A DNA stretch of 64,000 nt from Octopus bimaculoides (taxonomy: Eukaryota), in NCBI RefSeq assembly GCF_001194135.2, contig NC_068986.1, positions 27,559,390 through 27,623,389 of the forward strand, written 5' to 3'. The notes under the pieces were generated by a model. It was not told the origin of the DNA. It made no database searches and saw nothing but the letters and a program-made list of their open reading frames with translations. How positions within the stretch are numbered: the stretch's first letter is position 1; every line of letters starts with the position of its first letter. Position numbers and translations under genes: made by a program. Of the stretch, positions 38,664-51,914 are shown piece after piece.

Positions 38664-39424
38664 AAATGTTTACAATTCAGAGCACTCTGCTAAAGGCACC
38701 CAAGTACCAAGGTACAGATGTACTAAGGTACCTAAGTACAAAGTGGCAGTGTTAAGCCAGGCAATTTGTTGTGCTTCTTACAACAGTTGTAGAGTCAGAG
38801 TTGTTTAGTTGAAATCAGTTAATATGTACCAGTTTTAACACTGACTAAATGTAAATTGTTATATAATGCATTAAAGTTTCAAACAATGCTTTAATCTCGA
38901 AAAGGAAAGGTTATGTATGTAATTGATTTTTTTTTTTTCAAAATGATCATTTGTTAAGTTGTTTTAGGTGTTTTGGTCTTTTAGTTATTAGCTTTGATCT
39001 TAAGATTTTTTTTTTGTTTGAAGTAGAAAAGAAAGATGTTCTTGATTTTATTCTTTTATACTGTTTTTCATATTTTGTTTTTTGTTTTCAACTATTCTTT
39101 TACTCTATAGCATTTTTTGATAGAAGCAGCCACTTTTTAAAAAATTTTAAAAGTTAAGTTTTATGCTTAATTTTTTTTTTTGTATCTTCTTTGATAAAGA
39201 GAACAAATAAAGGGATTCCAATAAAGGGATTCCAATAAAGGGATTCCATAGCCATCACTCACAAACTAGGATAATTTAGTAGTAGCAGGTGCTTGGCTTT
39301 TACTGATTGTTTTAGGTGTCTGTGTAATTGTGAGTAAATGTGGACACCTTTTTAGCTTTCTCCTTTTTTGGGCCCTGTGAAACATGAAAGATGTGATAAC
39401 TGGCGAGAGAAAGAGAGAGAGAGC

Positions 39425-39570
39425 AGCAGCAGCAGCTGCTTACATATGGCTGTTACTCACTTTTATCTGAGTAGACTGGATCAAACATGTAATCAAGTGC
39501 CTTGCTCAAGGACACAACGCCTTATGATTAATTGTAAACCCAACAACCCCTAAACACTAAACATGTCTTC
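39425..39570 (-). mobile_element. Family J SINE fragment
   Basis: aagtgccttgctcaaggacacaacg, the reverse of a CORE-like tgtccttgagcaaggcactt motif also seen at 47640. Confidence 0.5.
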
Positions 39571-39573
39571 AAA

Positions 39574-39975
39574 ACTGGCTGTGTGGTAAGTAGCTTGCTT
39601 ACCAACCACATGGTTCCGCGTTCAGTCCCACTGCGTGGCACCTTGGGCAAGTGTCTCCTACTATAGTCTCAGACTGACCAAAGCCTTGTGAATGGATTTG
39701 GTAGATNNNNNNNNNNNNNNNNNNNNNNNNNNNNNNNNNNNNNNNNNNNNNNNNNNNNNNNNNNNNNNNNNNNNNNNNNNNNNNNNNNNNNNNNNNNNNN
39801 NNNNNNNNNCCAATGCTGATGTGTTTACGTTCCCGTAACTTAGTGGTTCGGCAAGACAAACCGATAGAATAAGTACTAGGCTTACAAAGAATAAGTCCTT
39901 GGGTCGATTTGCTCGACTAAAGGCAGTGCTCCAGCATGGTCGCAGTCAAATGACTGAAACAAGTAAAGGAGTAAA
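39574..39975 (+). mobile_element. Family B SINE, young (linker lies in an N gap)
   Basis: Head 39574-39706, gap, B tail 39811-39975. Confidence 0.85.
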
Positions 39976-40816
39976 TTACGTATTTAAAAAAACGCCATGA
40001 TGACATAGCTATAAACAGTAATAGGTTAAGGTGCTAAAAAGTAGTCTGATGACCATATATGGAAACTATATTAATCTAATTCCAAACAGAAGCATTGGAG
40101 CTGGAGTATGTGGTGCCATGAACTGATAAGTCATAGTGAAAGGTTCTGTGTGTTGGCTCTGCAGCCAGTGCCTGCCACCCAAGGATAAGTCTATGCGTGT
40201 AAGAGTGTAAAATTACGATGAGGTATTGTCTCATCATCCATTATGATGTGAAGTTAGTGAGTGCTGTAATATTTTTGTAAATGTGGAGATATAACAAGAC
40301 TATTACTAGATGATTATCAGATTGGAAAAACTGGTCTCTCTGGATCAATTTCATCACTTCTGTTAAATTAATTAAACCAATTGGTCGTAATTTAATTTTG
40401 AATAAATAGTGAAATTAAATTGTAATTGGTAATAATTATTATCTTTTGTAGTATCTTGCAAACTGCTTTTCGGAATAATCATTTTAATAGGTTTCTATGG
40501 CATAGGGAAATGGTAATGAGTTTGTGGGTGTGGGGAATCATGACAGGAAAATAATTTGGGAACTATTGTGCAATAAAATTTTTTAAATGGACTGTTTATT
40601 TTTTATTATTTTTAAGATTTTTATTAACTTTGTTTCTGTTTTTTTTACAGCTGTAGTTATTTTGCGTGTTTTTCATATTCACATCTGTTGATTTTTCTTT
40701 CTATGTCTGCCTTATTGTTTTACAAGTATATTTTGCATTGTAGATTACATTACACCAGTGAGTGTTGGTGCATTAAGCCTTTCCTGAAATGTACTGAATG
40801 AATGCCATCATTTTAC

Positions 40817-40975
40817 TATTACCTCTGCTTTAGCAAAGGCAGAGGTGTTGTTTTCAGCCATGTTTGTTTGTTCGTTTGTCCATAGACAAGATATCTCAAG
40901 AATCGCTGGATGGATTTGGGTGAAACTTTCAGGGATGTTTGCTTTTATATGGGGACTTTTTTTCTTAAGATTCAT
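40817..40975 (+). mobile_element. Helentron/DINE(HINE)-like non-autonomous element fragment
   Basis: 5' hairpin acctctgcttt-agc-aaaggcagaggt (40821-46), then a (GTTT)-like microsatellite and gatggatttgggtgaaactttc. This is the layout of DINE/HINE elements as I recall it. Confidence 0.45.
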
Positions 40976-41344
40976 TGTGAACAGTAGAATCCTATATTGA
41001 TAATTTTCCAGGTAGATTAAAACACATAGACCAGGTTCTTCAATAGAAATCTGTCATCATTGCTGTCATGGCCACCAAGGTGATAGCAGAGGTGTCTATT
41101 TTATTATGTTGGCATAAGTAAGATGCAAGTTATTCAAGCAAATTTCCTATGGCTTTATGTTCTTCCTATCCCCAGCTCTCATTTGTTTCTTCCTAGTTCC
41201 TTTCAACAAGGAACAGCTCAGTGACTGGACATGTTTTCATGTCAGACTGTAAATATAGACACCACCGTATAGGCAATGGAATTGCTTTTACGCAATGCAC
41301 AAAAGCCGCACATTTGAACACACACTTGTGGCTGGCTTCTTTTA

Positions 41345-41490
41345 GTGTTTGCCTATCACTTCTATGCTCAAGGCATTGGTCATCTCAAGGCAATAGTTGA
41401 CGACACCTGCTCTCAATGCCGCGCAGTGGAATCAAGCCTGCAGTCCACCTGGCTGCAAAGCAAACTTCTTAGCTACACTCAGGCATGGAA
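41345..41490 (-). mobile_element. Family B head, decayed
   Basis: gacacctgctctcaatgccgcgcagtggaatc...gcaaacttcttagctacac. Confidence 0.55.
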
Positions 41491-43005
41491 AGAGAGAAGC
41501 TTCTTACACATTGTCTCTGAGATTCAAGTCATCTTGATTAAACCACAGTCAAGCTTACAGTGTACTGTAGTTACTACTGATGCAATTTGAAGTAGCTGTT
41601 TACTGAAATAAGCATGTCACAGACAACACATGTAATGCTTATAACAATGCATAACTATGCATTATGTCATTGGAGGTCTTGAGTGTTATTTATGAATGAG
41701 GTACCATGTTCATTCTGTTCAAGTACCTTTACTGCTTTACCGTTTTGATCTAAGAGACGACAACAACAGCAACAAAATCGTGTTTTTTTTTTTTGTTTGT
41801 TTATATTTTCAACTGTGTTTATATATTTCTTTTCTCATTGTTGATTTTTCTCATATATTTTGAAGTATTTTATTTATTTATTTATTTTTTTCTTTTTGAG
41901 TACATGTTTGCACAAGTCTCAAAGATTTTTGTCTGTAATCAATCTCTGTCTGTTCCCCCCTCCCTTTATGCCTCGCTCTCTCTCTCTCTCTGCCGCCTTC
42001 TCAATACGTGTTTAGTTGCTTGTTTCTAATTTCACTTAAAACTGTTGTTTCTCTTAGTATTTTGTGCTTCATTCTTGCTGCCCCTCCCTCACTCTACCCC
42101 TTCCCCCCATAACACACTCCAGATGTCTTGTTAATTTCTCTTATATTCCAATTTATTTCTTAAGGAGATAAGTGCTCTTTGTTCTTTACTTTTATTTTGT
42201 GTATTTTCTTCTACTTTTTTTTTCTTCCTATTTTCTCCTTATGTATAATCATTTCATCTTTCAGTTGAGTAAATTATCTTATTTGTGGGTTTCCTCCTAT
42301 TTATAGACAAAACTATATTTCCTTACATCACTGGTAAAACTATTTAGTCTTTTTCCTCATTATAATTCGATGAGTTTTATTTTTGTTTTTTTTTTAGTTT
42401 TTATTTCATGTATTTATTTATTGTTAACTCTTGTCTCTTCACACCAACTTGCAATGTAAATTATTTTTTTCCCACCCATTAACGAGTTTGCGACATTTAA
42501 TAACTCAATTAGGATTTCGTCGTCTTCATTCTTGTCTTTTACCACCGTCTTCTTCTTCATCTTCTTCTTCATCATTGTCATCATTGTCGTCACTGCCACC
42601 ACTGCCATCATAGTCATCATTATCACCATCATCATCGTCACCACCACGTTTAATACCTGATATTTAATGCCAACAAAATCTACACATTTCTTCAAATCTT
42701 CTCTTTGTGCAGTACATAATGGTAGAGTTTTAGTGTGCTAGTGGCTGCTAATGTCACTACTGCAACTGATATAAATCCTTCGCTCGGTCAGATTAAGTTC
42801 TAGATTATCTTCTAGGCAGGCAAGAATCGTCATCTATGATGCTCCTCTTTTGCCGTGTTGGTATTATTCGTCAATGAAAAATAGAATTGCTTTGGATATG
42901 TATTTCGTCTGTCTCCCTTCTGCCTTCACTGATAGCATGCGGCTCATTGTTCCATCGAGTATTACCATACATGTAGACATTTCTTTTTCTTTCAAAAAAC
43001 TCTTT

Positions 43006-43065
<60 letters not shown>

Positions 43066-43246
43066 NNNNNNNNNNNNNNNNNNNNNNNNNNNNNNNNNNN
43101 NNNNNNNNNNNNNNNNNNNNNNNNNNNNNNNNNNNNNNNNNNNNNNNNNNNNNNNNNNNNNNNNNNNNNNNNNNNNNNNNNNNNNNNNNNNNNNNNNNNN
43201 NNNNNNNNNNNNNNNNNNNNNNNNNNNNNNNNNNNNNNNNNNNNNN

Positions 43247-43300
<54 letters not shown>

Positions 43301-43785
43301 CGTATTGTGTTGTATTTATGACCTTGTGTGTATGTGCACGTGCACGTGTATACACACAAACATATATTGTGCATATAGAGACATATACATATGTATATGT
43401 GTGTATGTACTGGTCTATATGTGTCTATACATATATTTATGTATATACATTTTTTCTGCTATATATTTATGTATTGTCTTCATTGAAAAAAACTCAAAAA
43501 AAAACTCAAAAAAAAACTCAAAAAAAACACTCAAACAGCAGCTAAATTTATACGTGAATGCATGTTTATGCATATGTGTTGGAATCGGGGGTTGAGGTTG
43601 GGCTGTGGATAAACTGCCAAATTGTTTCTCAAGCTTTACAAGTTGTATAGATTAGCGATGTGTTAGTTTTGGTGTTGGCATGTTGTTTATTCCTCTGTCC
43701 TGTGCAGTTCCATTATTTTCCCTCGAGAATACTGCTTTCTGTGTATTACAACAGCAACAACAACTTTTAAATTTCTATATAATAA

Positions 43786-43915
43786 TAATAATAGTCTATT
43801 TTATTTTATGCCCAACATTAACGTGGTAGGACAAAGAAATGCACAATATATTGGCGCATCTCTAATCTATATACTGTTAATGTTAGTTAGGCGTCAATAA
43901 AATAGAATATTATTA
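43786..43915. repeat. Short fold-back element (MITE-like)
   Basis: taataatagtctattttatt..aacattaac pairs with gttaatgtt..aataaaatagaatattatta. Confidence 0.55.
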
Positions 43916-43987
43916 AATATATTGTAAAAGATGTTGTAGTATATGGAGACCAGTGTCGTAAACAAAGAATGTCAAAGTTTTCTTGAA

Positions 43988-44155
43988 CAAGCTCTCTCTC
44001 TCCCCTTCTCTCTCTCTCTCCTTCTCTCTCTCTCCTTCTCTCTATCTCTCCTCTCTCTCTCCCCTTCTCTCTCTCTCCCTCCCCTTCTCTCTCTCTCTCT
44101 CCCCTTCTCTCTCTCTCTCTCTCTCTCTCTCCTTCTCTCTCTCTCCTGTCTCTTT
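43988..44155. repeat. Polypyrimidine (CT)n/ccttct minisatellite
   Basis: Repeated ctctctctctc(c)ccttct units. Confidence 0.8.
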
Positions 44156-45236
44156 CTCTTTACAATGACACTAGTTTTTTGTTTGAATTCTCTGGGAGAC
44201 ATTTAAGGAAGAATGGATGAATGTTGTGACATGCATGCCTTTCCCCATGTGCAAAGCTAGTTATTCAAAGTGAAATGAAAATATGTGATAGAGAAAAACA
44301 GCCACTAATAGTTTTAATTTCAGTCATGTCACAAACTCTGCTTGCCTGCAGTTCTGTGGCATTCATCATTGTCATCACCATTATTACCAGTAGCAGCAGC
44401 AGCACTACCACCACCACCACCACCTGCAGCAACACCACCGCTGCCACCATTGTAATCAGCATCAGCTTTGTTTTTTAACAAAGGTATTCTATACACACGC
44501 GTATACATACATCCATAAGTGTGTGTGTATACAAAAGAGAGCTATAGAGAGAAAAAGGGAGAGAGATGTGCATGGTGTGTGATTATATATACAGCGTAGA
44601 CACACACACACATATACCAACATATAAGTACATATACATACACCCATAGTCATGTAAACACTTACGTACAAACTTACGTACATCCACGAACATTTAAATA
44701 TGGTGAGTAGATTCTTCAGTCAATAGCTGCTGCGTTGGTACTATTTCAAGGCTTTAACTATTGATGTGCTCTTAATGCAATACAGTTGCCCAGCAGCATT
44801 ATTTAAAATGCCACTGAGCTTAGAATGTCATGGCTCCAGTTGTTTGAGATAGCAATGGTGATCTCCGGAGAAGTGAAGCGAAAATGTCGTTCACACACTT
44901 GACTGATGTCGGATTCTTTTTTTTTGTTTTTTTTTTTTGTGTNNNNNNNNNNTTTTTTTTGTTTTTTTTTTTGTGTGTCTTTTTTTTTTAAACACCTTTT
45001 GTCTTTTTTCCATTCCAGTAGACCTCTCATGCTGAACTTACCACTTTCTCCTTCTCTCGTGTAAAAACTAATGTTTGTCAAGCTTCTGTCAGAAACTCCT
45101 AAGCTCTAAAGTGGTTCCACTTTTGGTCAGTGTATGGAATGGTCAGTGATTGAACTTATTTGTTCTTCGTTTGGAATCCAGTGCTGCAGTATGGTGTGTA
45201 CATACTTATCTGTCTGTGTGTGTATCTACGAACTGA

Positions 45237-45273
<37 letters not shown>

Positions 45274-46961
45274 GTGTGTGTAGTTCACATTTGGTAAGGC
45301 AGGCACTGCCATTCTCTAAGTAGCTTATCTGCAGAACATGATGAACAGATAATAACTGTTAAATGTAATATATGTATGTGTGCATGTGTATTTGATTGAG
45401 TGTCCGTGTACTTTTGTGTGTGTGTTTGTGTATATTTATGTATGCACCAGTATGTAGCTGTTTGCATGTGTCTGTGTATATATATATTTATATATGTACA
45501 CACACACATACACACTGATACATATGCATGCGCAAATTTGCACACATGCCCTTTCTTTTCTCTGTCTCTTTCATTCTCTGTCTGTCTGTCTGTCCCTCTC
45601 TCTCTCTCTCTCTCTCTCTCTCACTTACCCACTCGTTCCCTCACATACAAAAGTGCTCAAGCATTCACACATTCACGGAAGCCTATCCATCACCTAGAAT
45701 TATGGCTGAAGTGCTGTCATAATGTTTTTGTCCATCTTTTACTTTACCTCTTCTTGCAAACTGACCGCCTCCAACTGCATTACCAGTGACTACACTGGAC
45801 TGCATTTCCACCTCTCTCTCTCCCCATCTCTCTTTGTATACATGTGTATGAATGTATGTATGTATATATGTGTGTGTGTGTATTTTGTTCTGCATTATAC
45901 ACTAATGGCAAAATATCGGGGTCCATATTTTAAACACTGCTTAGATTTATGCAATGTTGTATTTGACCAGATGCCCATTTGTCAATTTGCTCAAAGTTGC
46001 AATTACCCAAGGTTTTGCCCTCGCTATGGTTTCTTACATCCATTTGATTTTCAAACAAATTAATTGCAACATTTTGCTTTTCATGTCTGTTATCCTCTTA
46101 GAAAAAGAGTAATTGAGTAATTACTCTATGTGGAATGAGGGAGAGAGCTTTTGGATTGCTGACTGGAAAAAAAAAAACGATCACGCTGGCACTAGTGCCA
46201 GGAAGGCGACTTTGGTAAGAAGGCGACAGATATTAAATGAACAAACTACATTATCCAATGTGTCTTTCTAAAGCTGACATTGTTGGGTTTGAGAAAAATT
46301 TTGCTACTATTTCTAGCATATCAAACGACCATGTTCAGGTATGCCCCTGCTCTTTCATTTGCTTGTTTTCCCACTATAGATTTGATTGGCAGAGTGGACC
46401 TCTGAGTGATTTAAACCTGGCATAATGAAGTGCAAAAGTGGATGCTCTTGATTGTCTAGTAGACAGAGCATGCCTGTCTCTCTCTGCCAACCACTGTTCT
46501 TAATGAAGGTACTTGTGAGGATTCGTTTATCGCAATTTACATGCCCATAATTGTTAAGTAAAATTAAGATTGGAAAGCAATATTGAATAGCATAGCTGGA
46601 TCCATCTTGTGTTTGTATATGTGTGTGTTTGTGTGTATATGTATGCTTACATGTATGTTTATGTATATATATACATACATACATATATACATGTGTGTAT
46701 GTATATGTACATGTGTATGTATATGTCTGTGTGTATATATATATGGGTATATGTATACATCCATCTTCACATAATTTTGATCTGATATCATATAATTCTC
46801 TTTGCTATTATGAATTAATTAACTGCTAAAATTTCAACATAAAACCATATCAGATGCTTGTATAAACATGAATTTGATACAAAAAGGGAAAACAGCACCC
46901 CTCCCTCTACACACACCTGTGTATGAGCACATGCTCACACACACACACCTGTGCATGAGCA

Positions 46962-47056
<95 letters not shown>

Positions 47057-47566
47057 TCTGATGGGGTGGCATTCAGACAGCATTCCTGATAATGGCAGCT
47101 TCTTGTAAAGTAATCATTCTTTTGTATTTTGAAAGAAAAACAATCCAACCATATTGATTCTGACATGGCATTGATTGTTCCTTGTTTAAAAGACATCGGC
47201 AGCTATTGAAGCATCTTTAGCTTCCTTCAATTGTTGGCGATGTTTGGTGAAAGAAATTGGATTCTAATTTACTTAGCATAGCTTATTGATTTGGAAACAG
47301 GCTAAAATTCTGGGAATGATGTTTAAAATCTGGCATTAGTTAATTATTATTATTATTATTATTTTCAATTTTCATATTACAGTGGAAATGGTACAGTGGT
47401 AAAGAGTTGGACTATAGGATTGATGGGTGTCTCTCTTTTATATACATCATCAAACTTATACTTCCTTCTTTTGAAGTCTGTTCACTCTGGAATCAATGAA
47501 ATAAATTCCAGCAATTTGGTGCTAGGAAGCCATTCAATCAACTGTATATCTTCAAAGTGTAGGTAA

Positions 47567-47715
47567 TGTGGCTCACTGGTTAGAGAGTTTCACTTCTGTT
47601 GGTAATATCATGAGATTATTTTTTTGGCCAGGGTCACACATTATGTCCTTAAGCAAGGCACTTCACTTCACATTGCTCCTGCCTGTCATGAGTACCAGCT
47701 GGGTGCTGGTACAGC
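47567..47715 (+). mobile_element. Family J SINE, decayed
   Basis: gtggctcactggttagag head and tgtccttaagcaaggcacttcac core. Confidence 0.55.
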
Positions 47716-47974
47716 CCTCTTCTCCACCATCTGTCTTACCCTGAATTTTCCATTGGGTCAAGAGTGAGAGACCTGAGAAGAGGTTTATGACTGCTCACAA
47801 CTGCATTGAACGCTTAAAACAATTAGTGGAAGCATAAAACTTATTATCAAACCATACTTGCTATATCTAACAGGTTATGCGACCATGTTGAGGCTCCTGC
47901 ATTGACTCAGAAGAATATTTAGTGACAGGCAGATGCATTTTCATTTAGGTTCACTGTATTGTGTATCTTTAATT

Positions 47975-48210
47975 TTTTTTTACTCATTTCGCTCACTGAA
48001 CTGAGGCCATGCTAGAGCATTGCTTTGACAGATTTAGTTGAATGATTTGACCCCAGTGCATGTTTTTGAAGTCTGGTACTTATTTTATCGATTTCTTTTT
48101 CCAAACTTCTAAGTTACAGCAACATAAACAAACTGGCAGCAGTTGTCAAGTGGCGGGAAGGTAAACACAAACTCTAGGACACAGTGACAGACAGACAGAC
48201 ACACACACAC
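47975..48210 (-). mobile_element. Family B 3' half
   Basis: gaggccatgctagagca...gaccccagt...ggtacttattttatcgat. Confidence 0.65.
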
Positions 48211-48229
48211 ATTCCACCACAACCACCAC

Positions 48230-48560
48230 CATCATCATCTAATGTCTGTGTTGCATACTGGTATGGGCTGGATAGTTTGACAGGATCCAATGTGTCTAAG
48301 GACTGCACCTTGCTCCAGTGTCTTTTTTAGTATGGTTTCTAAGGCTGGATGCCCTCCCTAATGCCAACCACTTTGCAGCATGGAATGGGTGCTTTATTCA
48401 TCCCACCCACACTATTGAGGTTGCCATGCAGCACTATGCAGCTTGCAGAACTACAAACCCTGGACGGATGGGGTTAGCTTCATGCTAAGGAACAAGGGGA
48501 TTGAGCTATGAAAAGTAGGTGGGGAGGTAGTGCAGGTTCTTAGTGATTAGAAGTTGATGT
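48230..48560 (-). mobile_element. A3-type element (different body + A tail)
   Basis: (cat)n end and ggctggatgccctccctaatgccaaccac, with a non-monomer upstream body. Confidence 0.6.
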
Positions 48561-49102
48561 GGTTAGTCTTTCTAACCAATTGAGCCATCACAGAGTAGCT
48601 TCTTCATGAGCTCAAAATCCCTCTGATTTATTTTGTTGCTATTATTTGTTTGTTTTTAAATGTGGAATTTTTTTCTTTCTATTTTTTTTTTGTCTATTCT
48701 TCCCAACCATATATTTTTAAAGTTTACTTCTCTTAATAAATGAGATGTTACATAAGTGATTTTGTTTGGTTGTCAGAAGCTAATGTGTATGTGAATTTGT
48801 AATGAGGGCAAAACAGTCATTTCCTCTTGATATTCTCTTTAAGGTGGCACTAATACTTTCCATAGTAGTAATAATAGCAATATTCTTGGTTTAGTATTTA
48901 TTCATGACTTACTCTTGTAGATTTAAAAATAGCTATCAAGACTATTTTAATTCCTAAATAGTTATCAAAAGGAAATTTTTTTTTTGCGTTTTTCGTAAAA
49001 AAAAAAAATGATATAAAGACAAAGAACTTTATATCAAATTTTATAAGTGTTTTGAAACTTGTTTAATTGTACTGTGGTAGATTTCACTAGATATAAGATA
49101 TG

Positions 49103-49375
49103 GCTGGATTTGAACTCAGGCACTATATGGTTAACTGTCCTGTCATCTAACCACATGGCTAGTTTAACTGACTCGTTTCATGCTAAAAATGTGATATATT
49201 CTCTCATAAAATCTATGTACATGCAGATGTTTATAGGATGTAAGCTACATTTGAACTCACAACTGTGTCGTTAACTGTCCTGTCATTTAACTACATAGCT
49301 AATATGACTGACTCATTTCATGTTAAAAATATAATAAATTCCCTCATAAATTCTATCATATAATCTATGTATAGG
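49103..49375 (-). repeat. Tandem duplication (period 141 bp) of a tRNA-like head
   Basis: atttgaactca at 49108 and 49249. The minus strand of unit 1 reads tagccatgtggttagatgacaggacagttaacc...gagttcaaatccagc. Confidence 0.7.
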
Positions 49376-49690
49376 TATATGCATGTGTGTGTGTGTGTGT
49401 GTGTTTATACACCTATGTGCATGCACACACACACACACATGCACACATATATGCAGACATGCCGGCATGTATATGTACATATAATAGAGAGTGGTTTGCA
49501 TTAAGATGGACATCCATCCATAAAATCTTTTCACTGGTTACTACACTTCAGTACTGTTGTTGTACTGTTGACAGGGTTGACCTATTCCACCTATGTGAGC
49601 ATGGAAGCATAGATGTTAAAAGGAAATAATGATGATGGTAATAATGATGGATGGCCATGGTGGCGGCAGTGGTGAGTGGTCACTATGCTA

Positions 49691-49752
<62 letters not shown>
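49691..49752. repeat. Perfect (GAT)n trinucleotide tract (~20 units)
   Basis: Direct reading of the sequence. Confidence 0.95.
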
Positions 49753-49753
<1 letters not shown>

Positions 49754-49888
49754 GTGCTGATGATTTATCTTATGGCCAGGCTTTCACTGCCAGCTTTGGC
49801 AATATCCTGCATTTCAACATATTATTGAGTTTTAAAGATGTGGTATTAATAGTTTTCATTGTAGTGGTGGTGGCGATGGTGGTAGTGC

Positions 49889-49936
<48 letters not shown>

Positions 49937-50001
49937 GCGTAGTATTTATTCATGGTTAGAAATTCTTATTGACAATGCCTCATTGGACAATNNNNNNNNN
50001 N

Positions 50002-50046
<45 letters not shown>

Positions 50047-50586
50047 CATACACACACTTTATTCTACTTCTCACTACCCATTTCTCTCTCTCTCTCTCCC
50101 CATATCTCTCTCTCTCTCTCCCCATATCTCTCTCTCTCTCTCTCTTTTCCTCGCTCTCAATTACCTATATTGGCTATTAGCAACAAAGACTATCATGCTA
50201 CAATATATTGATGTGAGCGCCATTGATGGATAAAAAGTTTTCGCTGTAATAATGGAAGTAACTAAATGATATGGAACTTATTTCTGGCCTAACTTTGCCG
50301 TTTCTTGACCAAATGCTCTCGGTGGGAAGCGAAGTAAACGTGTTGATGGATGATTTAAGATCTTTTTCTTTTATCTTCTTTATCTGCTGATAGGAGGAAA
50401 TTACTAACCCAAGAATTCTCTGTTGCTGCTAACTGATTGAATTCCTTCATATATGTGTGTGTGTGTGTGTGTGTTTATGTATACACACACACATATATAC
50501 ATATATGTGTGCTCTGTATATATATTATATGTATATATATATTTATATAATATGACTATGTATGTATGTGTGTGTGTGTATATATA

Positions 50587-50618
<32 letters not shown>

Positions 50619-50671
50619 ATGGATATGTACATTTGTGTGTGTGTATATATGTATATTTATGTATACAGTTA

Positions 50672-50723
<52 letters not shown>

Positions 50724-50733
50724 NNNNNNNNNN

Positions 50734-50765
<32 letters not shown>

Positions 50766-51586
50766 CATATATACATATATATATATTTATATGTATGCAT
50801 ATATATATATATGCATACATACATATATATATATATATGCATACATGTATATGGATACATACATACATACATACATATATATATATGCATGCATATGTAT
50901 GAAATGGAAATTCAATTTCAACTAAGTTTCAGTTTTCGCTGCTATCATGGAAAATATGCTGCTTCTGTGTGAAAGCTGTCTTTTAATAGAGAATGTCCAA
51001 TGATGTTATTAACGAGTAAACGTCTCCTTGCATTAACCCCTTTATTCCTCAGGTGATGATTGAGGATTATGATGACGACGATGATGATGATCATTATGAT
51101 GATGATGATACTGATCGTTATTGTGGTTGATTACTGTTGGTTGAGTCTTTTATTTTTGGTGCGGACCCACACTGGTACAGACCTCAAATTAGCAGCAGTA
51201 GCAATGATGAGGGTGATGGTAGTGGTGGTGATGATTGCAGTGGTGGTGGTTACAGTGGTGATGGTAATTATGACAGTGATGGTAACAGTGATGATGATAA
51301 TGGTGGTGGTGGTGGTGAGGACAATGATTATAAGCTTAACTTCCAGATTATGCGATGTGGAAGTTATAGCGTGTAAAAATAAATAAATGTTATGGATTGG
51401 TCTTTAAGACATTTTTATTGTAATGGTTTGAATGATGCGGAAAACAACTACACTCCTCCCCACCTCGCCTCAGTAAGTAGCACCTTAAGTCAGCCCTGAC
51501 CATGAAGACTAATGATAGGTATGGGTATTTAATCTCTCTCCCCTTCTCCTTTTCTTCCTCCTCCTCAAACTTAGCATTCCTTAAAC

Positions 51587-51705
51587 CTTTAGCAATTAAA
51601 CTAGCTGTGTCCAACCCGAATATATTACATCTGTTTTATGTTCAAACTGGCTTGATCCAGCCTCTCACACTTATCCTTCAATGTATTACTAAGAAGAAAC
51701 AATCA
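51587..51705. mobile_element. piggyBac-like MITE fragment (second family)
   Basis: Begins ttaaacctttagca, a TTAA + CCC-like end. No other end was found. Confidence 0.35.
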
Positions 51706-51745
51706 TTAGCAGCAGCAGCAGCGCTAACATCTGCGTTTCATGCTG

Positions 51746-51795
<50 letters not shown>

Positions 51796-51914
51796 TATAA
51801 TAATATAGATAATATATATATCCCTTTTACAAGTATATATATATATATGTATGTGTGTGTGTAGGAGTATATTTCTGTGTGTGTATGTATACACACACAC
51901 AAATATACTCCTAC

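Noticed and set aside
42885-42935. Minus-strand cagtgaaggc...gacgaaatacatatc hammerhead-like string
   Set aside because: The core is not CUGANGA and helix II does not pair.
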